Shown one piece after another: positions 1 through 9,476 of a stretch of 64,000 nt of DNA. The stretch comes from Aggregatilineales bacterium (GTDB taxonomy: Bacteria; Chloroflexota; Anaerolineae; Aggregatilineales; UBA2796). The stretch covers positions 2,542 through 66,541 of the forward strand of contig JBDNDQ010000009.1 of assembly GCA_046719055.1 (NCBI GenBank), written 5' to 3'. The number at the start of each line of letters is the position of its first letter. Positions within the stretch are counted from its first letter, which is position 1. The notes below the pieces were generated by a model. It saw nothing but the letters and a program-made list of their open reading frames with translations. It was not told the DNA's origin and searched no databases. Made by a program: the position numbers and the translations under genes.

Positions 1-292
1 ACGCATCAGCTCGCATGATTTTCTCAGTGTACTGCGCTGCGTCGAGCGCCACTTGCTTTGCCAGCGGACTGAGCGTCTCGTACAGGCTACTGAAGAGACT
101 CTGAAATGTCGAGAAGAAAGCCGCTGCCTTGCCCCATTTGATCGACCACTCGCCACATATTTCTACCATGCATCTCGTATTTGGCAGCATACCTTCGAGG
201 ACCAGAGTAAGACAAGCATCTTGCAAAGTGAGTTTATACGGCAAATGGCCAATTTTTACTGCGCCACCTGGTAGCAAAAGACTTGCATCCAC
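1..292 (-). CDS. hypothetical protein, 5' part only (ORF runs off the left window edge); start codon uncertain
   Basis: In my hand translation, the minus strand (triplet phase 2-4, 5-7 ...) is open from 328 down to the window edge, with its only stop at 329-331. It reads ...VDASLLLPGGAVKIGHLPYKLTLQDACLTLVLEGMLPNTRCMVEICGEWSIKWGKAAAFFSTFQSLFSSLYETLSPLAKQVALDAAQYTEKIMRADA. It is missing from the ORF track because its stop lies outside the window. Its composition looks more protein-like than the Cys/Arg/His-rich + ORFs 53..274 and 129..380. Candidate starts are GTG 292, TTG 277 and ATG 190, none with a convincing RBS. My hand count of third-position GC was the same for both strands. Confidence 0.3.
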   Translation of the reverse strand, partial: MDASLLLPGGAVKIGHLPYKLTLQDACLTLVLEGMLPNTRCMVEICGEWSIKWGKAAAFFSTFQSLFSSLYETLSPLAKQVALDAAQYTEKIMRADA

Positions 293-384
293 TGTAAGCT
301 GTATTTGTGCACATTCAAGATGCTGCGTTCAGCGAAAGGATCATCAATATGCTCCTACGTTGGATCAAGGCGGAGGATGATTGC

Positions 385-777
385 ATGTTCGCCGAGCCGA
401 TAGCAGGAGCTTATCTGGCGATCGTGGCGTGCTTCCTTCTGCGGCACAGCTCACCAAGGCCCGAATGGCTCAATGTGGATAGCTTGGCTGTCCTGCAGAG
501 GTTTTCTTGTTTTCAACAGTTTTCTCTTGAGGAAACCATCCACAGGCTGCAGGAGTGCGTTCAAGTACACAATGAAAAGTTGGATGTCTGCTTGAGCAGG
601 ATCGTCTTTTTGACATTCCATCCGTACAACCTTCAGGCGATCGAGGCTGCCCTCGAGCTGCTAGCTGAGTATAACTCGCTAGACGAGACAGCTTTGAGCC
701 TGCTGCACCGCATGGCATACATCTTTGAGCTACCTGAAAGCGAGATCGATCGCCTGATCACCACCTACTTCGTCTGA
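385..777 (+). CDS. hypothetical protein (ORF-track start 307; ATG 385 preferred)
   Basis: The ORF 307..777 has a normal amino-acid composition. ATG 385 is preceded by GGAGGA (372-377) with a 7-nt spacer, whereas GTG 307 has no RBS. I recognised no family motif. Confidence 0.5.
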   Translation: MFAEPIAGAYLAIVACFLLRHSSPRPEWLNVDSLAVLQRFSCFQQFSLEETIHRLQECVQVHNEKLDVCLSRIVFLTFHPYNLQAIEAALELLAEYNSLDETALSLLHRMAYIFELPESEIDRLITTYFV

Positions 778-910
778 GCCTTGCAATCATGCTCTGCCTG
801 TGCTGCGGCTGGCGTGGCACAGGTTGAACACCCTCAGAATTTGGCTCACACAGCTCGCCCGAACGTGCTAAACTTAAGATCAAAACTGGAACACGAAAGG
901 GCACAGCACA

Positions 911-1714
911 GTGGCAACAGACTTGAAAATCATGCGCGGCGCAGAGCCAATGTTCCTGATCGGTAACCGTGTGGGTTGTCTGTGTCTGCACGGTTTGAGT
1001 GCCTCACCACAGGAAATGGCTTGGCTGGCGCACCACATGCATAAGCAGGGCTTCAGCGCGCATGTACCGCGTCTGTATGGGCATGGCATCTCACGCGAAC
1101 ACTTTCGGCGCGTCCTGTGGCGGGATTGGTACTTGAGCGCGCTGGATGGCTACCACTTGCTGCGCGCGCATTGCGATCACGTCTTTGTCATGGGGCTCTC
1201 GATGGGCGGCTTATTAGCGCTGCGCCTCGCTGCTGCTGAGGAAGTCTCAGGCGTTGTGGTGCTGGGCTCACCGCTCAAGCTGGATGTGCCCTTGTGGCTA
1301 GCACACTACCTGCGTTATGTGCGCCCAGCCGTCCTGACCTCTTCCCCAGACGATACTCCGCTAGATGCCCGCATTCGCTCTCTGCAGGCCCAGCGCGGCG
1401 AGCCGGTCACCGGGCGCGTCTCGTATTTCCAGATGAGCACAGCGGGCGTGGCGGAGCTGCACAAATTACAGGGCGAGGTGCGCCGTTGCTTGCCTCATGT
1501 GCGTGTCCCAACCCTGCTGATCTTCTCTAAGCAGGATCAGACCGTGCCCTACAAAAACATGGCACTTATTCAGAGCGGCTTGGTCAATGCATCGGTCGAG
1601 ACGCTCACATTAGAGCAATCCGATCACATTCTGACCAACGATGTAGAATGTGAGACCGTTTTCGCAGCTGCAGAGGCTTTCGTCAAGCGTGTCTTGCAGC
1701 TGCAAAGTGCCTAA
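911..1714 (+). CDS. alpha/beta-fold hydrolase (carboxylesterase / lysophospholipase-like)
   Basis: 267 aa. It has the HG oxyanion region LCLHGLSASPQEM, the nucleophile elbow GLSMGG, and a C-terminal SDH..TND His region. GAAAGGG lies 9 nt upstream of GTG 911. Confidence 0.85.
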   Translation: MATDLKIMRGAEPMFLIGNRVGCLCLHGLSASPQEMAWLAHHMHKQGFSAHVPRLYGHGISREHFRRVLWRDWYLSALDGYHLLRAHCDHVFVMGLSMGGLLALRLAAAEEVSGVVVLGSPLKLDVPLWLAHYLRYVRPAVLTSSPDDTPLDARIRSLQAQRGEPVTGRVSYFQMSTAGVAELHKLQGEVRRCLPHVRVPTLLIFSKQDQTVPYKNMALIQSGLVNASVETLTLEQSDHILTNDVECETVFAAAEAFVKRVLQLQSA

Positions 1715-1723
1715 GAGGTGAAT

Positions 1724-2185
1724 ATGCCTGAACAAAAGCGGAAACGCGTGCAAGTGCCCTTGCCAGCGGGCAACTTTGGGGTGCTAGAGCGCATCTGGGA
1801 GCAGCTGCGTTTGGCTTGGCTGCTCTTCGGCGATAACCGGGTGAGTTTGCTCCTAAAAGTCCTGCCGGTCGTGGCTATCACTTACATCATCTCGCCGCTG
1901 GATTTGCTGCCTGCGCTCTTGTTTCGCCTGCTGGGCATCCTAGATGATATCGCGATCTTCGGTCTGGCGATTGTGGTCTTCAACAGCCTCTCGCCTGAGG
2001 ATGCTGTAGTGGAACACCTGCGGCAACTGCGCTTCGGTGGCAAGTATCGTATCCACAGCGATGAGGATGGCATGGTAATCGACGTACAGGCCGATGTAAA
2101 GGATGCAGAGGCATCATCAGAAGGCGAGGCTGGCTCTGAGCCATTTGCCGAACCTGAGCACCGGCGCAGCGAACACTCAAGGTGA
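1724..2185 (+). CDS. DUF1232 (YkvA-like) membrane protein
   Basis: Motif ISPLDLLPALLFRLLGILDDIAIFGLAI matches the DUF1232 signature (P.DLIPD..P.LG.LDD). AAGAGG lies 5 nt upstream of ATG 1724. The ORF-track GTG 1718 overlaps that RBS. Confidence 0.7.
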   Translation: MPEQKRKRVQVPLPAGNFGVLERIWEQLRLAWLLFGDNRVSLLLKVLPVVAITYIISPLDLLPALLFRLLGILDDIAIFGLAIVVFNSLSPEDAVVEHLRQLRFGGKYRIHSDEDGMVIDVQADVKDAEASSEGEAGSEPFAEPEHRRSEHSR

Positions 2186-2192
2186 GGTGGAA

Positions 2193-2212
2193 GTCTGCGC
2201 CCAGGCGCAGAC
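2193..2212. terminator. GC-rich hairpin between convergent DUF1232 gene and pstB (candidate bidirectional terminator, no U-tract)
   Basis: GTCTGCGC-CCAG-GCGCAGAC forms a perfect 8-bp stem with a 4-nt loop, and partial GGAAG/CTCC flanks extend it. It sits in the 42-nt gap between two stop codons. Confidence 0.4.
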
Positions 2213-2227
2213 CTCCAGCGGGTTACA

Positions 2228-3031
2228 TCAGCCGAAGCGGCCGGAGATGTAGTCTTCAGTGCGTTTATCGGCTGGGCGCGTGAAAATGCGCGTGGTCGGG
2301 TTGAACTCGATTAGCTTGCCTGTGCGCGATTCATCGCTCAGGAAGAACGCTGTCATATCCGAGACGCGCGAGGCTTGCTGCATGTTGTGCGTCACCAGCA
2401 CGATGGTGTAGTTCTTGCTCAGCTCGCGCATCAAGTCTTCGATGCGCAAGGTCGAGATCGGGTCGAGTGCGGAGCAAGGCTCATCCATCAGGATGATCTC
2501 AGGCTCCACAGCTAGCGCACGCGCGATGCACAGGCGCTGCTGCTGCCCACCCGAGAGCGCTAAGCCGTTCTTCTTCTTGAAGTCGTCTTTCACCTCATCC
2601 CACAGGGCAGCAGCGCGCAGGCTGGTCTCCACGATCTCATCAAGTGTCCGTGCATCGCGGACGCCCAGGATACGCGGCCCGTAGGCAACATTGTCATAGA
2701 TAGTTTTAGGGAACGGGTTCGGCTTTTGGAAGACCATGCCGATGCGGCGGCGCACCTCAACTGGATCGATGCCAGGCTGGTACAAGTTCTGGCCGCGGAA
2801 GATGACCTCGCCCTCAACGCGTGCTGTCGGGATCAGATCATTCATGCGGTTGATAGCACGCAGCACAGTGCTTTTGCCGCAGCCTGACGGCCCGATGAAT
2901 GCTGTGATCTGGTTGCGCGTGATATCAAGCGTGATGTCTTCAACTGCCTTGTGCGAGCCGTAGTAAACGCTCATCTTTTTGAGCTGGACGGCATAGTTCG
3001 CACCGTTCGGACTTGTCTCACTTTGGCTCAT
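2228..3031 (-). CDS. pstB: phosphate ABC transporter ATP-binding protein PstB
   Basis: Walker [13 protein letters not shown] signature LSGGQQQRL, Walker B ILMDEP and H-loop VTHNM are present. The PstB-typical N-terminus ([12 protein letters not shown]) and C-terminus ([10 protein letters not shown]) are also there. It is the last gene of the pst operon. Confidence 0.97.
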   Translation of the reverse strand: MSQSETSPNGANYAVQLKKMSVYYGSHKAVEDITLDITRNQITAFIGPSGCGKSTVLRAINRMNDLIPTARVEGEVIFRGQNLYQPGIDPVEVRRRIGMVFQKPNPFPKTIYDNVAYGPRILGVRDARTLDEIVETSLRAAALWDEVKDDFKKKNGLALSGGQQQRLCIARALAVEPEIILMDEPCSALDPISTLRIEDLMRELSKNYTIVLVTHNMQQASRVSDMTAFFLSDESRTGKLIEFNPTTRIFTRPADKRTEDYISGRFG

Positions 3032-3038
3032 GATGTCT

Positions 3039-5468
3039 CTATCCTCTCAGCTTTCTGCTCAAGCGCTGGCGCAGGATGATTGCCGTTGCATTCAGAGATA
3101 GCAGCACGATGAGCAGCACGATGATCGCAGCGGCTGCTACGTTGCGAAAACCGATCGCAGGGTCTGCCGTCCAGCTGTAGACTTGAATCGGCACGACTGA
3201 GAACTTCGAAAACGGCCCGTCCGGGTCCACGAGCGTGAATGTCAGGCCCCCGACGACCAGCAGCGGTGCCGTCTCACCAACGGCGCGCGAGACCGATAAG
3301 ATCAATCCCGTTAAGATGCCCGGGAAAGCTGCTGGCAGCACTTGGTGCCATGTTGTCTGCCATTTGGTGGCGCCAACGCCATAGCTCGCCTCGCGGATAG
3401 AGGACGGCACAGCCCGAATCGCCTCTTGCGCATTAATGATTACCACAGGCAGGATCAGCAACGCCATTGTGAAGGCAGCCGAGATAACTGTGCGTCCGTT
3501 TGAGTCGGTGATGCCGATGAAGGCACCGCTTGTCAGTTGCTCAAGCGTGCGCACAAAAATCGCTAGGCCGAGCATGCCATAGATAATGGAGGGCACACCT
3601 GCTAGATTGCGAATGTTAGTCTCGATCACCGCATTAAGCAGGTTCTTCTCGGCGTACTCCTCAAGGTAAATTGCTGCGCCCACGCCCAATGGTAGAGCGA
3701 TCACGATTGTCAAGATGATCACCCACAGCGAGCCGAGCAGCGAGGTGCGCAAACCGGTCGTCGCAGGTGAGGCGGTCAGCTCTGAGGTGATGAAATCGAG
3801 CGAGAGCCACGATTTAAAGCGCAGCTCACCCTCGCGCAGATTCTCGTCAGCCTGTTGAGCCGCTACGATGCCTTCATAGTTGGTGAGTGATTCGAGCAAT
3901 GTCCAAGCACGGTCGTAGCGCAGCTGAGCTACGTCTCGAATGATAATACGATAGAGCTGGCCCGTATCCAGGTTATCTTCGAGCAAGTCGATATACTCAG
4001 TGATTGTCAGCTCATCGTAGCGCTTCTCAGCCACTTCGGGGCGGAAGGAGCGCCCTGCAAACAGTTTCTTGATCGGTTCGCCCAGCACGTAATCGGTTGT
4101 AACTTGCGGGCGCGGAGCATTAGCTGCCAAGAGCTGAGCCGCCTCTCGAAGGCTCAGCTCGCTCAATTTCTTCTCGGCGATCTCAGCATCGAAACTACGT
4201 CCACTGAAAGCGACTCGAATTGGCTCATTCTCAAGCATGTCGCGCGGGATGCCCAGCCCAAGCGAAAAGATTGTGACCAGCTCACGAGCATTTAGGGCAG
4301 GGAAACGCTTGTCGCCCAACGCACGGCTGACGGTTTGCTCGGTACGCTCAGGGTTGAAAGCCAGTTCGGGGAAGATGTCGACCACGCGCGCGCCTGAGAG
4401 CCGAATCTGAGAGAACTGCCGCCCTAGTAAGTTGTCGCGCACGATCGTGCGCAAGCGGTTACGATTGACTCTATCCTCTAGCATGCGGGCAAGTTCAGCC
4501 TCGCTGAGCTCCTCTAGCGGCTTACCTGGGCTAAGCTCAGATGGCTTAATGCCATAGTTAACCACCACATAGCCGAACGACTGGTTGATGATGTTCAGCA
4601 GTAGGATGATCAACGCCATCAGACCGACAATGTTTGCCATGAGGAAAGCTGCACGCCATAGGCTGGCAGTTATCTTACGGGCGCGCAAGGTGCGCGATAG
4701 CGACGATTCTGGTGGCATCAGGCCACCCTCGCGCCGTTCGGCTGCCTCTTCCACGATCGGCTGGGCTTCTTCAGGCGTGATCCGCCAAATGTTCATGACA
4801 GCCAGGCAGACGAAGAAAACAACCCAGAAGGCGATACCCAGCGCCTGAAGTGCCTCTAGCAGGCTAGATTGAATTTGCCCATGATAGAGCCAGAAGTAGA
4901 ACAGGCCAACAAACATGATCAAACCCGCATTGCGCGCTGCCTTTGGTGAGACGGGCGGTGGGGTGTAGCGCACCGAGCGGAGCCGAAGGGGGATGCTCAG
5001 CACCCAGCCAACAGCATGTACAATGCGCAGCAAGAGACTGTCGAACTGCAGCTTGCGCATCGGCAGAAAGGGCGCCAAGCGCACTACATTGATGCTGCCT
5101 ATGCCCAGCAAGGCAGGGAGCAAGCGGAAGGGGATGCTCAGCAGCTGCAAGTACGGGTACAGCGGCCGCGGTAAAGCTGCATAGACTATCAGAAGCGCGC
5201 CAAGCGGAATCAGCCACATGGGTGCGAAGTTGCGCGTAGCCTCAACAGCAACATCGCTGAACAAGTGCTGAACATCGCCAAGCAGCTGCACGCCTATCGG
5301 CTCAGCAGTGTCATCTTCGGCAATCCAAGGCAGCAGCAGCCATGCTGCAGCAATCAGAGCTGCGCAGACTAACAAGATTAAAGTTAGAGCCCAGAAGGGT
5401 AAGCCGCGCTTTGCTTGGGTTGGATCAATGACCCCGCGTCTAGGCACGAGTGTGCTTTGTACGCTCAT
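3039..5468 (-). CDS. pstA: phosphate ABC transporter permease PstA, long form (809 aa)
   Basis: The C-terminal ~290 aa is a typical PstA core, with EAA-loop region [31 protein letters not shown] and then [11 protein letters not shown]. Its start ATG overlaps the pstC stop (ATGA at 5465-5468). The N-terminal ~500 aa adds extra TM segments plus a soluble region containing a tandem repeat. Confidence 0.9.
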   Translation of the reverse strand: MSVQSTLVPRRGVIDPTQAKRGLPFWALTLILLVCAALIAAAWLLLPWIAEDDTAEPIGVQLLGDVQHLFSDVAVEATRNFAPMWLIPLGALLIVYAALPRPLYPYLQLLSIPFRLLPALLGIGSINVVRLAPFLPMRKLQFDSLLLRIVHAVGWVLSIPLRLRSVRYTPPPVSPKAARNAGLIMFVGLFYFWLYHGQIQSSLLEALQALGIAFWVVFFVCLAVMNIWRITPEEAQPIVEEAAERREGGLMPPESSLSRTLRARKITASLWRAAFLMANIVGLMALIILLLNIINQSFGYVVVNYGIKPSELSPGKPLEELSEAELARMLEDRVNRNRLRTIVRDNLLGRQFSQIRLSGARVVDIFPELAFNPERTEQTVSRALGDKRFPALNARELVTIFSLGLGIPRDMLENEPIRVAFSGRSFDAEIAEKKLSELSLREAAQLLAANAPRPQVTTDYVLGEPIKKLFAGRSFRPEVAEKRYDELTITEYIDLLEDNLDTGQLYRIIIRDVAQLRYDRAWTLLESLTNYEGIVAAQQADENLREGELRFKSWLSLDFITSELTASPATTGLRTSLLGSLWVIILTIVIALPLGVGAAIYLEEYAEKNLLNAVIETNIRNLAGVPSIIYGMLGLAIFVRTLEQLTSGAFIGITDSNGRTVISAAFTMALLILPVVIINAQEAIRAVPSSIREASYGVGATKWQTTWHQVLPAAFPGILTGLILSVSRAVGETAPLLVVGGLTFTLVDPDGPFSKFSVVPIQVYSWTADPAIGFRNVAAAAIIVLLIVLLSLNATAIILRQRLSRKLRG

Positions 5469-6673
5469 TGGTATACCTCACGGAAACGGCGGCGAATTAG
5501 GTTGCTGATCAGGTTGAGCACTAGCGTGATGATGAATAGCGTCAAGCCGATCGCAAACAGGCTGTTGTAGTCGACCGAATCGAAGCTGAGATCGCCTGTG
5601 CTAATGCGCGCGATGTGACCAGTCATGGTCTCAGCGGCTTCTAGCGGATTGAGCGCGAAGTTCGGGCCGGCGCCTGAGGCAATTGCCACGATCATGGTCT
5701 CGCCAACTGCGCGCGAGACGCCCAAGATAAAAGCTGCCAAAATGCCCGAAAGCGCTGCTGGGATCAAGACTCGGAAGACCGTCTCGCGGCGTGTGGCGCC
5801 CAAGCCGTAGCTGCCTTCGCGCAGCGTGCGCGGCACAGCGCTAAGCGCATCTTCGCTCACTGAGGCGATAGTCGGGATGATCATAATGCCCATCGCAATG
5901 CCCGCTGAGAGCTGGTTGTAGGCCCCCAGTTCGCTCTGCCAGAAGACGCTGCGTAGGAATGGTGTGATAAGCGTGAGGGCAAAGTAGCCGTAGACAACCG
6001 TCGGGATGGCAGCCAAAATCTCCAAGATCGGCTTGAGGATGCTGCGCAAGCGCGCTGAAGCATACTCGCTGATGAAAATAGCCGCCCCCAGACCAACTGG
6101 ACCTGCAATCAGCATCCCAACGAAGCTAGTGATTAAGGTTGCCATAACCAGCGCCAGCACGCCAAAGTCAGCGCCCTGAGGCACCCAACGTGTGCCTGTC
6201 AGGAACTCTACAATACTGACTTGTTCGCCCAGAAAGAGTGTCGTGCGTACGCCATGCGGCTCGGGGCGTGTGCCAAGAACGCCACGCTCCACTTCGAGCG
6301 TCTGGTTGTCAATTAAGCGCGTTACGCGCAGATACTCTTGGTTGAGGCGGATAACTTGACCAGTGCGCGGCAGTGTGCCTTTACCATCAAACCGCAAAAC
6401 CACTTCTTCAGTGCCAACTGGCTCAATGAGCAGCTGTCCAGCGCTGCGAAAGCCGTAGCGCGTGAAGAAGTTGATCGCTTCTGTGGAGAGCACCACAACA
6501 ATGCCAAGCGTCGTCAGCACAGAGACCAGGCCGCATAGAAAGAGAGCGAGGCGTATGAGATCCTCGAAGGGGCGGGAGCGCTTGTTCAAGCTGGCATACG
6601 CATCTGTAGTCCCCGACAGTCGGTCGGCAGCTGTGCGAAAGGGGGTTGGCTCAACACTTGTCTCTAAGGTCAT
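5465..6673 (-). CDS. pstC: phosphate ABC transporter permease PstC, long form (ORF-track TTG start 6727; ATG 6673 preferred)
   Basis: The EAA-loop region LREGSYGLGATRRETVFRVLIPAALSGILAA and GETMIVAIASG are present. A ~100-aa soluble insert follows TM1. AAGGAG lies 13 nt upstream of ATG 6673, and there is no RBS before TTG 6727. Confidence 0.88.
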   Translation of the reverse strand: MTLETSVEPTPFRTAADRLSGTTDAYASLNKRSRPFEDLIRLALFLCGLVSVLTTLGIVVVLSTEAINFFTRYGFRSAGQLLIEPVGTEEVVLRFDGKGTLPRTGQVIRLNQEYLRVTRLIDNQTLEVERGVLGTRPEPHGVRTTLFLGEQVSIVEFLTGTRWVPQGADFGVLALVMATLITSFVGMLIAGPVGLGAAIFISEYASARLRSILKPILEILAAIPTVVYGYFALTLITPFLRSVFWQSELGAYNQLSAGIAMGIMIIPTIASVSEDALSAVPRTLREGSYGLGATRRETVFRVLIPAALSGILAAFILGVSRAVGETMIVAIASGAGPNFALNPLEAAETMTGHIARISTGDLSFDSVDYNSLFAIGLTLFIITLVLNLISNLIRRRFREVYQ

Positions 6674-6788
6674 GGGGAGAAAGCTGCTCCTTGTGGAAAA
6701 TTTAGCCCGAGCAAGCTGGGTGCGCAAACAAGGACGAGCGCCATGCAGCGCAGGCGCTCATCACATGTTTCATACGAACAGAAGAAGC

Positions 6789-8165
6789 TTACTCACCAAC
6801 TGCTGCCAGCCACATCAGCTTGTTCAGATTGGTGGCGTCGTTGCTGACTGGGAAGTAATTGATGTTCTCGCGGGCGGTGCCCAGCTGGCTGCGAACGTTG
6901 GTGATGTAGAAGTTGATGAAGGCAGCCACTTGCGGCTTCTCCTGCATGATAGCAGGCGTGCTGTAGATGAACAACGGACGTGACAGCGGGTAGGCGCCGC
7001 TTTCAGCATTGGCTTCGTTTGCCTCTACACCTTCGACACGCACTGGACGAATCTTATCAGCGTTCGGCGGGACGTAAGCATAGCCGAAGTAGCCGATGGC
7101 AAAGCGGCTGCCTGCTACACCTTCCACCAGCACATTGTCGTCTTCGCTGAGCTGGATGCCAGGCGCATTGAGCAGCTTAGTGGCATCCCGACTGAAGATT
7201 TCCTCAACGAAGTAGTCGAACGTGCCGCTATCCGAGCCAGGGCTGAACAGGCGGATCGTCTCGGCAGGCCACGAAGGATTAATCTCACTCCAAGTCTTGG
7301 CCTCACCGCTGAAGATTTTGGCCAGCTCTTCTTTGGTCAGGTTTTGAACGAAATCGTTGCTCGTCGAAACCACCACCGCCAGGGCATCGATCGCTACGTA
7401 GAACTCGACCAGCGGCTTACGCCCGATGCTGTCGCAGTTATCCACTTCGCTTGCTCTGACGGGACGGCTAGCGTTGGCAATATCTGTCTCACCTGCCTTG
7501 CAGAAGCGCTCGAAGCCGGCGCCCGTGCCGACGGAAGCTACCTCGATGTTGCCAGCGAAGCCTTCGCCACGGAACAGGTCTGCCATGCGGCGCGTCAGTG
7601 GGAAGACTGTCGAGCTACCAGCGCTGATGACATTGCCTGTCACAGCCAGCGGGTCGACCTCAGGCAGCATGATCTCAGGCAGGATGACCGAATCGATCAC
7701 GTGGATCACGCCGTTGCTCGCCTCAACATCTGTTGCCACAATGTTGGCACTGTTGATGCGCAGATTCTCGTCCAGCATCGTGAACTCGACCTCGCCGCCC
7801 TCAACTGTCTTGGCCGTCTTGCCAACCAAGCCCATCGCATCGGCAGCCATCGCCTTGCCAGGCAGCACATGGTAAGTCAGGATGCGCACCAGCAAGTCCT
7901 TGTTCTCGGGCTTAAGCAGATACTCGATCACGAAGCCAGGCACTTTGGCGAATGCCTCATCGGTTGGGGCAAAAACAGTGAACGGGCCTGCGCTGTTAAG
8001 CGTATCCACCAAGCCAGCCGCCTGCACAGCTGCCACCAGTGTGGTGAAGTTGCCGTTCTCCACGGCGATTTGCACGATCGTCTTGTCACCCTGTGCGTTG
8101 ATTGTCGCCAATGGCGCAACCAAGATCGCAAGCAAGGCGATCACGGCAATAATACGAGCCTTCAT
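6789..8165 (-). CDS. pstS: fasciclin (FAS1) domain fused to phosphate-binding protein PstS
   Basis: Signal peptide [29 protein letters not shown]1 motifs are [43 protein letters not shown] and [15 protein letters not shown] PstS/PBP-like-2 part follows: [56 protein letters not shown] lies 9 nt upstream of ATG 8165. Confidence 0.9.
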   Translation of the reverse strand: MKARIIAVIALLAILVAPLATINAQGDKTIVQIAVENGNFTTLVAAVQAAGLVDTLNSAGPFTVFAPTDEAFAKVPGFVIEYLLKPENKDLLVRILTYHVLPGKAMAADAMGLVGKTAKTVEGGEVEFTMLDENLRINSANIVATDVEASNGVIHVIDSVILPEIMLPEVDPLAVTGNVISAGSSTVFPLTRRMADLFRGEGFAGNIEVASVGTGAGFERFCKAGETDIANASRPVRASEVDNCDSIGRKPLVEFYVAIDALAVVVSTSNDFVQNLTKEELAKIFSGEAKTWSEINPSWPAETIRLFSPGSDSGTFDYFVEEIFSRDATKLLNAPGIQLSEDDNVLVEGVAGSRFAIGYFGYAYVPPNADKIRPVRVEGVEANEANAESGAYPLSRPLFIYSTPAIMQEKPQVAAFINFYITNVRSQLGTARENINYFPVSNDATNLNKLMWLAAVGE

Positions 8166-8247
8166 GTTCTGCATCTCTCCTGATATGCCTTGACTCTGGC
8201 ACAACGAAATTCCTTCGTCATGCTACATAAAACTTAGCCGGGGCAGG

Positions 8248-8300
8248 TTAAGAGAGTTGAGAAGGTTGTTTAAAGATATTTTAAGAGATAGCTAAGGTTA
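8248..8300 (-). promoter_or_regulatory. AT-rich imperfect ~20-nt direct repeats upstream of pstS (candidate Pho-type operator)
   Basis: On the minus strand, TAACCTTAGCTATCTCTTAA (8300-8281) and CAACCTTCTCAACTCTCTTAA (8268-8248) are separated by AATATCTTTAAA, so the units start 32 nt apart. Downstream lies a weak TTAACC-16-TATGTA promoter-like pair. This is by far the most AT-rich stretch of the local region. Confidence 0.35.
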
Positions 8301-8338
8301 TGCGATTCTCATAATGTTGGTGGCTTTTCAGGAGAAGT

Positions 8339-8362
8339 GGATGGCTGAGCGCTCAGCCATCC
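8339..8362 (-). terminator. perfect 24-nt palindrome just downstream of the META gene stop (hairpin, no U-tract)
   Basis: GGATGGCTGAGCGCTCAGCCATCC lies 14 nt past the stop at 8376. Confidence 0.4.
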
Positions 8363-8375
8363 GCCTCGAAGGGGG

Positions 8376-9473
8376 CTACTGGACGCTGGCGCGCTTGAAG
8401 ATCAAGCGCTTGTCTGCGTCGTAGTGCAGCGTGAGCTCATCGCCTTGCTCGCTGTAGTGCGTCACGCGCTCCAGTGCTTTGATGAAGGCCTGCTCTTGGC
8501 TGCTGAGCGCTGCACTTGGGCAGGCGCGCCGCGTCGTGATGAGTGCGCTGAAGCTGAGTGAGTCGCCGCGCGCGGCAAATGAGGTGCTGTATTGGTTGCA
8601 GCCGGTTGAGCCGCCTGCTCGCCCTCCAGCAAAGTGCAGTGTCACCTCGCCTGCGGCTGGGATCAAGGCGTTCAGGGCGCCATAGGCACTCAGGCGCCAT
8701 TCCGACTCGGCGAAGGTCGGCACGCGATCGAAGATCAGGCGCCCGCCCGCCCCGTAGAGCAAGATGAGCTGTCCGTTGACCATACGGTAGCTCTGCACAG
8801 CGCTAAGCGCCTCTAGATATGCCTGCTCAAGGGCCATGACCGGCTCTGCGCAAGCCATCTGCGTGCTGATGATCTGCCCAAAGCTGATGCTCTCTTCGCG
8901 GTAGATCGGCACGCTGCGATAGGTGTTGCAGCCACCTGAGCCGCCAGCGCTATCAGCTGTAAGTTTCAGGGTGATGGCAGGCTCGCCAATGAGCTCGAGT
9001 TCTGCGCTAGGCGATTCGAGGGCGATTAGACGCCATGTGCTATCGGCAAAGTTGAACAGACGCGTGAAGATCAGTGCTTCATCAGTTCCGTAGCTGATAA
9101 TCAGCAAGCCGTCGGCAAAGCGGAACTGAGTCGCCGTGCGCAACGCACGGAAAAAGGCTTGTTCCTGCCTACCAATTTCCTCAGGCTCGCAGGCGATCAA
9201 CGTGCTGAAGACGTTGCTGAAGCTAATCGTCGTATCCTCTACACGGTAGCTGCCACCGTAGATATTGCAGCCGCCTGAGCCACCAATGCTATCCGCGCCA
9301 AAATTCAGCGTGATCGCCTGTTCGCCAACAAGTGCTGTAGGTGCATTCTCCAACCCATAACGCAGGAGTTTCCACTGCGTGCCGATCAAGCGATTCGGGT
9401 CGGCAGCCCAGCTGTGCACAGGCAGCGCTGCCAGGCTCAACAACACAACTAGCGTCCAGATCAGATATTTCAT
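8376..9473 (-). CDS. secreted protein with three tandem META (HslJ-like) domains
   Basis: Signal peptide MKYLIWTLVVLLSLAALPVHSWA. There are three ~115-aa repeats, each of the form W.L..Y......L.GE..ITL.F.......GGSGGCN.Y...........ISF....ST..AC......EQAF..AL......Y. The start is 3 nt downstream of the MFS stop. Confidence 0.85.
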   Translation of the reverse strand: MKYLIWTLVVLLSLAALPVHSWAADPNRLIGTQWKLLRYGLENAPTALVGEQAITLNFGADSIGGSGGCNIYGGSYRVEDTTISFSNVFSTLIACEPEEIGRQEQAFFRALRTATQFRFADGLLIISYGTDEALIFTRLFNFADSTWRLIALESPSAELELIGEPAITLKLTADSAGGSGGCNTYRSVPIYREESISFGQIISTQMACAEPVMALEQAYLEALSAVQSYRMVNGQLILLYGAGGRLIFDRVPTFAESEWRLSAYGALNALIPAAGEVTLHFAGGRAGGSTGCNQYSTSFAARGDSLSFSALITTRRACPSAALSSQEQAFIKALERVTHYSEQGDELTLHYDADKRLIFKRASVQ

Positions 9474-9476
9474 CAG

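Noticed and set aside
53-380. The + strand ORFs 53..274 and 129..380 at the left edge, which could look like a frameshifted gene.
   Set aside because: Their translations are Cys/Arg/His-rich and look like off-frame products, and the two ORFs overlap each other. The antisense frame is open to the window edge and reads more like a protein. Still ambiguous, hence the low confidence on feature 1..292.
7344-8183. The 279-aa + strand ORF (and ORFs 7426..7875 and 7882..8193).
   Set aside because: They lie entirely antisense to the well-supported FAS1-PstS gene. Their Arg/His/Ala-rich composition is typical of GC-rich antisense frames.
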